64,000 nt of DNA from Sedimentisphaerales bacterium (lineage in GTDB: Bacteria; Planctomycetota; Phycisphaerae; Sedimentisphaerales; Anaerobacaceae). The stretch is from the NCBI GenBank assembly GCA_040772485.1, contig JAXGYC010000007.1, positions 704,001 to 768,000 of the forward strand, given 5' to 3'. The first letter of the stretch is position 1. Each line of letters starts with the position of its first letter. This document shows, piece by piece, positions 58,839 to 64,000 of this stretch. The notes beneath the pieces were generated by a model, which was given only the letters and a program-made list of their open reading frames with translations, searched no databases and was not told the origin of the DNA. Made by a program: the position numbers and the translations under genes.

Positions 58839-59560
58839 CGCTTGCCTTGTTCCTCGTAGTTGGCCAGGTAGCACGTGATCTCAAACTCCGTGACATTGAC
58901 CGATCGCGCATCGGTCCGCTGGGGCTCGCTCTCATTCGCGCGCGAGGCCGCAGACGCGGCGGTGCCGATCTGCATCGTGTTGTCGCGATACAGCGGGTGA
59001 ACCTGCTGGAAATAGGGGGAATCGTCCAGCCGATGGACCAGGGCCGCGACCTCGGCCGAATCGGCCGCGATTCCCGCCAGGGCCACCCGAAACCGGACCT
59101 TGCCCAGAGAAGCCGCTTTTGCCGGCGGGCGAGAGGCGCTCGCGCTGCGTACCACGGCCGCGTCGCGTTCCGGCGTCCCCTCCTGGACGGCCAAGGGCTC
59201 GGATAGGAACTCCAGGCGGCTCAGGAGCACGCGGTCACTGATGACGTAGCTGATCTCCGCCAGCACCGCCGCCACGTCGATGCGCGCATCGACCTGCTCG
59301 ACCGAAGCCACCTTGGCCCGGCGCGCTTCCAGTTGCTCGGTGACGGCGCCATACTCACGCAGCATGCCCTCGGCCCAGAACCGTCGGTCCTCGAGCCGGG
59401 CCAGGTCCGCATTGGCTCTCGAAATCCTGTGCGTCGCAATCGCGTTGTATGTCACCAGGACCAGAAACAAGACGATCAGCGCGGCATACTGCCGGCGCAT
59501 ATGAAGCCGACGGCGCCTGCCTTCTTTGTGCCATTCTGGAAGAAAGTCGATCTCTTTCAC
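58835..59560 (-). CDS. PilN-like protein
   Basis: Start VKEIDFLP (cf. INLLP); TM; GIA...LDDSPYF. Confidence 0.75.
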   Translation of the reverse strand: MKEIDFLPEWHKEGRRRRLHMRRQYAALIVLFLVLVTYNAIATHRISRANADLARLEDRRFWAEGMLREYGAVTEQLEARRAKVASVEQVDARIDVAAVLAEISYVISDRVLLSRLEFLSEPLAVQEGTPERDAAVVRSASASRPPAKAASLGKVRFRVALAGIAADSAEVAALVHRLDDSPYFQQVHPLYRDNTMQIGTAASAASRANESEPQRTDARSVNVTEFEITCYLANYEEQGKR

Positions 59561-60714
59561 TATGGTGCACCTTCCAGTATGGATTCCAGCCCGACATCGG
59601 ATTTCACCAGGGCCACCGTGGAGGCACCCCATCCCTTGAGGCTCAGTCCGACCGCCAGCGAGAAGTCCGCTGCCGGATGGAGGTCCTCCATATTGGCCCC
59701 GACCGGCGTCAGATCGAACCCGCGCAGCGGCTCGGCGACCTCCGTCTCGATGGCCAGGTGATGTCTCATGACCGTGAGCAAGGCCTCCTCGTGGACGCCC
59801 CCTCCGGCCAGCAGAGCCCGCTCGACTCGTTTGCCTCGGAACGTCACCGTGTAGTACCGAAGGCACAGCGAGATCTCTGCGGCCAGTTGCTCGGCCGTGC
59901 CGTGCAGCGTGTCGGCAACGAGACGACGCGTCGCCGCATCGACCGAATCGCTGGACGTCATCTTGCGGCGCAGAGACTCGGCGTCGGCCACAGAGATCGA
60001 CAGCCGGGCCGCAATGTCTTCCGCGAACCGCGAGACCCCGAACGCCATCTGTTTGACGAAGCAGATCTCACCGGCCCGCCCCAGGACGACGGTGGTGTAC
60101 CGATGGCCGACGTCCAGAAACATGATCGTTCGTTCCTTGTCTTCCTGGCGCCGCAGCACCCGCTCGAAACACCGGAACAGGGCACAGGGCGATGCGTCGA
60201 TGCCCACCGGCTGCAGGCCCACCTCTTCCACAAGGGCGATGTGCTCTCGAATCGCCTCGTCGTCGCTGGCGAACAGGATGTATTCGTTCTTGAGTTCATC
60301 CCCCTGCCGGACGCTGCCCGCCAGCACGTAGCTGACGGAGTCGATCTTCGGGTTCAGTGCGAACCGATGGGCGGCCTCTTTGCGAAGCGTCTGCTCCACG
60401 TCATCGCCCGGCGCCTCCGCCAGTCTCACGGATGTGATCTTCAGGTCGTCCGCCGGCAAGGCCGTGACCACGTCAGGTCCCTTGAAGGCCCCCTCGGCCA
60501 GCAGACGCCGGACGGCCGGAGCCACCCGACGTCGCCACAAGTCATCGTCGCTCGCATCATGCGAACCGACGACGGCCCTTTCGGCCGCGAGCACCCGGAC
60601 CCCGTCCTCGGATACCGCCAACTGGATCATCTTGACAACGCTGTGTCCGATATCCAGTCCGATGGGCAGGATCTTCTCTCTTCGATTCATCCAATGAGAC
60701 AGTCGCATATCCAA
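59560..60714 (-). CDS. PilM-like protein
   Basis: IGLDIGHSVVK, LDVG, LAGGG, AVGLSLK. Confidence 0.88.
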   Translation of the reverse strand: MDMRLSHWMNRREKILPIGLDIGHSVVKMIQLAVSEDGVRVLAAERAVVGSHDASDDDLWRRRVAPAVRRLLAEGAFKGPDVVTALPADDLKITSVRLAEAPGDDVEQTLRKEAAHRFALNPKIDSVSYVLAGSVRQGDELKNEYILFASDDEAIREHIALVEEVGLQPVGIDASPCALFRCFERVLRRQEDKERTIMFLDVGHRYTTVVLGRAGEICFVKQMAFGVSRFAEDIAARLSISVADAESLRRKMTSSDSVDAATRRLVADTLHGTAEQLAAEISLCLRYYTVTFRGKRVERALLAGGGVHEEALLTVMRHHLAIETEVAEPLRGFDLTPVGANMEDLHPAADFSLAVGLSLKGWGASTVALVKSDVGLESILEGAP

Positions 60715-60718
60715 ACAC

Positions 60719-61243
60719 TCACTCAGAAACGGAGATGAACCCCGTCACAGGCTCGACCGTCACCGTCCGCGTGAAATCCCCGGCCTTCAGCACCACGGTT
60801 CCACCATTGTCCGGGCTGCCGAGCGAATCGAACTCCACGAAGTTGTTGTTGGAAGCGCCGAACGCGGCACTTTCGACCTTCACCTGGTCCAGTCTTCCAT
60901 CCGTGGTGAAATTGACGATGTACCCATTCTCCTTCTGGGTCACCGGGTGCTTGATCACCGCACCGCTCTGGTCCTGAATCTCATACCGTTCGTTCGCCGG
61001 ATCGAAGACAACCTTGTGCTTCTGGCCCCGGCTGATCGCCATGCTCCTGGCGTATTCGAGATCGGCGGCCACGATGCCGCCGGCGGCGCGCATCTGCGAA
61101 CTCGCGGCCGAGGACATCATCGGCACCGCGATCGCCGCGGAGATCGCGAGAATCACGATGACGATCAACAGCTCGATCAGCGTGAATCCGGCACGAGACC
61201 TCACGGTCCGCCCAACAGATTGTGCTGTCCTGTCTTTACACAT
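60719..61243 (-). CDS. Minor pilin/pseudopilin (FimT/GspH-like)
   Basis: Prepilin site AG|FTLIELL; ARSMAI; FDSLGSP; ORF-track 5' extension judged non-coding. Confidence 0.88.
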   Translation of the reverse strand: MCKDRTAQSVGRTVRSRAGFTLIELLIVIVILAISAAIAVPMMSSAASSQMRAAGGIVAADLEYARSMAISRGQKHKVVFDPANERYEIQDQSGAVIKHPVTQKENGYIVNFTTDGRLDQVKVESAAFGASNNNFVEFDSLGSPDNGGTVVLKAGDFTRTVTVEPVTGFISVSE

Positions 61244-61478
61244 AGTCAACCTTGCCTCCGTTTCTCTTTCGGCCCATCGGGAGCCGGGCTTAACCTGCGT
61301 CCGGACCAACCTTCCGAGACGCTCGGCGATTGGCGTGGCAGCCGCCCAAACGCTGCCGCGACCCCCGTCTGCCGGCAGGCCAAGAGGTCCCCGACAGACC
61401 GCACAGGCGTCAGGAACGCTCCGCGATGCCGTCAACGTCCCGAAAAATGCCCCTTTCATTGCCATCTGTTCTGCCGCC

Positions 61479-61505
61479 AAATCGGCGGCCCCGGCGGCGC
61501 CTTTG
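61479..61505 (-). promoter_or_regulatory. sigma28-like promoter upstream of the fimT-pilMNOP-secretin genes
   Basis: CAAA-N15-GCCGATTT on the minus strand in a 376-bp intergenic gap. Confidence 0.45.
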
Positions 61506-61619
61506 ACGCACGACCGTCTCCCGCCGGCGGCGGCGAGTCGCGCTTTTTTCCTCCGCGACGCATTGGGACCGATAAACCGCTCTGTGTTCTGGGACCTGGC
61601 CATCTGCTCGGCCACCTCA

Positions 61620-63329
61620 CTATTCCACGCGATGAATGCTCTTGAAGAACGCGCCCCCCGCCGGACTCCAGTCCACGCGCGACCCGGAAGCCCACGTCGT
61701 GATCGCCGCCTTCGTCGGCGACGCAACCACATTCAACGCCGAGCCGCTTCCGGCAAAGGTCCAGTATCCGATCAGTGAATCGCTCGGCAGGGCGAAAATC
61801 TCAGAGGCGAGCAACGCGCGGTTATAGACCCGTACGTCGTCCAGCAGGCCTTTGTACACGTAGCTGGCCGAACCGGTACGATCGGCGCCGATGTTCAAGT
61901 GCCCGTCTCCACTTCCGGGCATGTTCGAAAAAGTGCCCGTGGCGCGCTCCGTCCAGTCCAGATATGACTTCATCGTGGTTCCCTGGCGGACCACCACCAC
62001 ATGGTGCCAAATCCCGTCTGTCAGCTCCGTGCGTAGAATCCCTGTGGACCAGCGGACGGAGTCATGGCCGACAACCAATTCCGTCGCGGTGCTGTCGAAC
62101 TGGAGCACCCAGTGGTTGATGCTTCCGGCCGGATCGGTCTTGCACACGATTGCCCCCCAGGGGTTCTGCGTGACGGCGGGCGCGAGCAGAACGCTCAAGG
62201 TGTAGTCACCGGTGACCTGCAGACAGTCAGCATCGTCCAGCGTCTGCACATATTGGCTGACCCCGTCGAGCGTCAGAACGCCCGTGGCCGGCCACGTCGG
62301 GATATCCCGAAGGATGGCGTCGTTGGGAATCCACGTGGAATCGATGGCGGCCTCCGCAATCTCGCCTGCGGCAAACAGCCCGCCGACGATCTCGGCGTCC
62401 GAGCCGTGTCCCACGAGAACACTGCCATCCACGGCGACGAGGCCCTCGATCTGGAGGTCGGTCGCGCCGTGAAGAATGAGGTTCCCTGTGACATAGACCG
62501 CCGGGAGGTTCTTGGCAGCCGTGAGCCTTGCCCCAACGCCCTTGATGACAAGATCGCCTTCGACCAGCAACATGCCGTTGATGACGACCGCCCCGTCCAA
62601 GGTAAGATTTCCACTGCACCGCCAGATCTTTGGCGAGCTGTAGCTGCCGCTGCTGACCGTGCCGGGTCCAATGGAAGAGGTCACGTAGTCCGGATGGCTG
62701 TAGCTCGCCGTCACGGGGGGCCACGCCATTGCCAAAGTCCCGGCGTCCTTGTACGTTCCGACGATGCCTCCGCTCAGACCGCCGGCGAAGAGGTCGCCGT
62801 CAACGGCGCCAGCAACACCCAGATTGGTGAACGTCCCGGCCGCATACGCGTCCCCGACCACACTCCAGGCCGCGCGAAAAGACAGATCGCTGCCACACCA
62901 CAGGCCGATAGCGGGGTCCAGACGAACGACCGCCGCATAACTGCTATTGCCCACCCGTTCCGCCTGGCGGAGCCGATAGGCCTCGCACGTGACATCGAAA
63001 GCGCACTCATCGCTCGGATCGGCGGCAACGGTCACGTCGTAGAAATCATTCGTGTTGGGGTCCAGTCGAATCGATGTGCCTCCGGTCCAGTACGCACCCC
63101 CGGCGTCCTGCGGATTCAGAAGAAGACCGCGGGCGTGTTCCAGGGCCGAGACCGCCATCTGGTCCATCTGGACGCGGACGGCCAGGCTCCGGCCGGACGC
63201 CAGCTCCACGTCACATCGGGCGATGAACCCCAGCGACAACAGGGTGATCGCCATGATGATGCCCAGGACCAGCAGCAGCGCCACGCCTCTGCGACAAGGC
63301 CGAGTTGTCCGGATTCTTCTATTCATCAT
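61620..63329 (-). CDS. PilX/GspK-like minor pilin with C-terminal LamG domain
   Basis: RRG|VALLLVL; WHHVVVV, YKGLLDDVRVYNRAL (LamG-3). Confidence 0.8.
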   Translation of the reverse strand: MMNRRIRTTRPCRRGVALLLVLGIIMAITLLSLGFIARCDVELASGRSLAVRVQMDQMAVSALEHARGLLLNPQDAGGAYWTGGTSIRLDPNTNDFYDVTVAADPSDECAFDVTCEAYRLRQAERVGNSSYAAVVRLDPAIGLWCGSDLSFRAAWSVVGDAYAAGTFTNLGVAGAVDGDLFAGGLSGGIVGTYKDAGTLAMAWPPVTASYSHPDYVTSSIGPGTVSSGSYSSPKIWRCSGNLTLDGAVVINGMLLVEGDLVIKGVGARLTAAKNLPAVYVTGNLILHGATDLQIEGLVAVDGSVLVGHGSDAEIVGGLFAAGEIAEAAIDSTWIPNDAILRDIPTWPATGVLTLDGVSQYVQTLDDADCLQVTGDYTLSVLLAPAVTQNPWGAIVCKTDPAGSINHWVLQFDSTATELVVGHDSVRWSTGILRTELTDGIWHHVVVVRQGTTMKSYLDWTERATGTFSNMPGSGDGHLNIGADRTGSASYVYKGLLDDVRVYNRALLASEIFALPSDSLIGYWTFAGSGSALNVVASPTKAAITTWASGSRVDWSPAGGAFFKSIHRVE

Positions 63330-63948
63330 CGTCTCCGGTCACGAGACCGTCGCCGGCATCGTTCAGCAGGTGGCCGGCCCAGGCCAGCAGTGTCACGTCC
63401 ACTTCGTGCCTGGAGGCGACCTGGTCCTGCGTCAGCTCAAAGGAGATCGTCACCCGCCGGGTCGATGGAGCAGCGGAATCGCAAACCAACTGCACGTTGC
63501 CGCACTCGGCCAGGAGCGGTATCAACACGCCTGCGTAGGAGTTCATCACATCGGCCCGGCTCACGGACAGGCTGCCGCCACTAAAAGTCACCGGGTCGTC
63601 GGCCAAACTCGATCGCACCATGTCAAGCCTGTCGTGCGCCGCAGTGCAGTCGAGGAAGGCCAGTTCATTGACGTTGATGCCGCCGTCTCCGTTGGAGTCC
63701 GCCAGCCAGATCGCCAGTTCGGTGTCCGACGCGGTCAGAATCATCCGGCAGTCTCGAATCACTTCGACGATGCGCACCATACCCAAACGAAGCCGGGCCT
63801 GGGCCAGCGCGGCATCGCTGCCGGTCGTCGTCGCACTGTTCATCGCAAACGCCAGCGTCGCGACCGCCGACAGAAGGATCCCGGTGATGACCAGGGTCAC
63901 CAGCAGCTCGACGAGCGTGAACGCCTTGATGTTTCGGCTTCGGTTCAT
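63319..63948 (-). CDS. Prepilin-type N-methylation protein (PilW/GspJ-like)
   Basis: KA|FTLVELLV. Confidence 0.85.
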   Translation of the reverse strand: MNRSRNIKAFTLVELLVTLVITGILLSAVATLAFAMNSATTTGSDAALAQARLRLGMVRIVEVIRDCRMILTASDTELAIWLADSNGDGGINVNELAFLDCTAAHDRLDMVRSSLADDPVTFSGGSLSVSRADVMNSYAGVLIPLLAECGNVQLVCDSAAPSTRRVTISFELTQDQVASRHEVDVTLLAWAGHLLNDAGDGLVTGDDDE

Positions 63949-64000
63949 TCGGTCTTGTCCGGCGCCTGCCGTTCGGATCTCGGACGCCTTGGCCGCTCTA

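Noticed and set aside
61244..61732. N-terminal extension of the FimT-like ORF (and similar extensions of queC, queF, HD-GYP, pilN)
   Set aside because: Arg/Ala-rich, non-coding-like sequence; better starts lie next to the conserved motifs

Overview
High-GC bacterial chromosome segment. Gene content (Zn-ribbon, FG-GAP, Tat sulfatase and DUF4038 proteins; Pil/Gsp cluster; AAACAAASCCAAT repeats) suggests Planctomycetota, possibly Phycisphaerae; this is inference. Housekeeping and metabolic genes include aspC-type aminotransferase, queC/queE/queF, tRNA-Leu(GAG), tatA/tatC, folP, pdxB, amrS, nupC-type and putP transporters, a GT3 glycogen synthase and several secreted hydrolases. The most notable elements are five. 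(1) At 16.4-22.5 kb, two tandem 120-aa secreted Cys/Pro-repeat proteins with structured leaders sit next to a GAF-GGDEF cyclase and a MerR/flgB-like/flhG/fliA module, with no other flagellar genes in the window; there is a perfect 24-bp operator palindrome and a perfect sigma28 promoter in front of fliA. (2) A type IV pilus/T2SS-like cluster (48.7-64 kb) contains a kinase/response regulator/HD-GYP/STAS cassette and an internal sigma28-like promoter. (3) A 31-codon hydrophobic sORF with its own promoter lies in a fold-back RNA between tatA and folP, resembling a type I toxin. (4) A 1198-bp IS4-like element with 18-bp IRs and a 9-bp TSD splits a 311-aa double-SIS gene. (5) Two families of intergenic repeats. 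All calls come from motif recognition by eye; no database searches were run.
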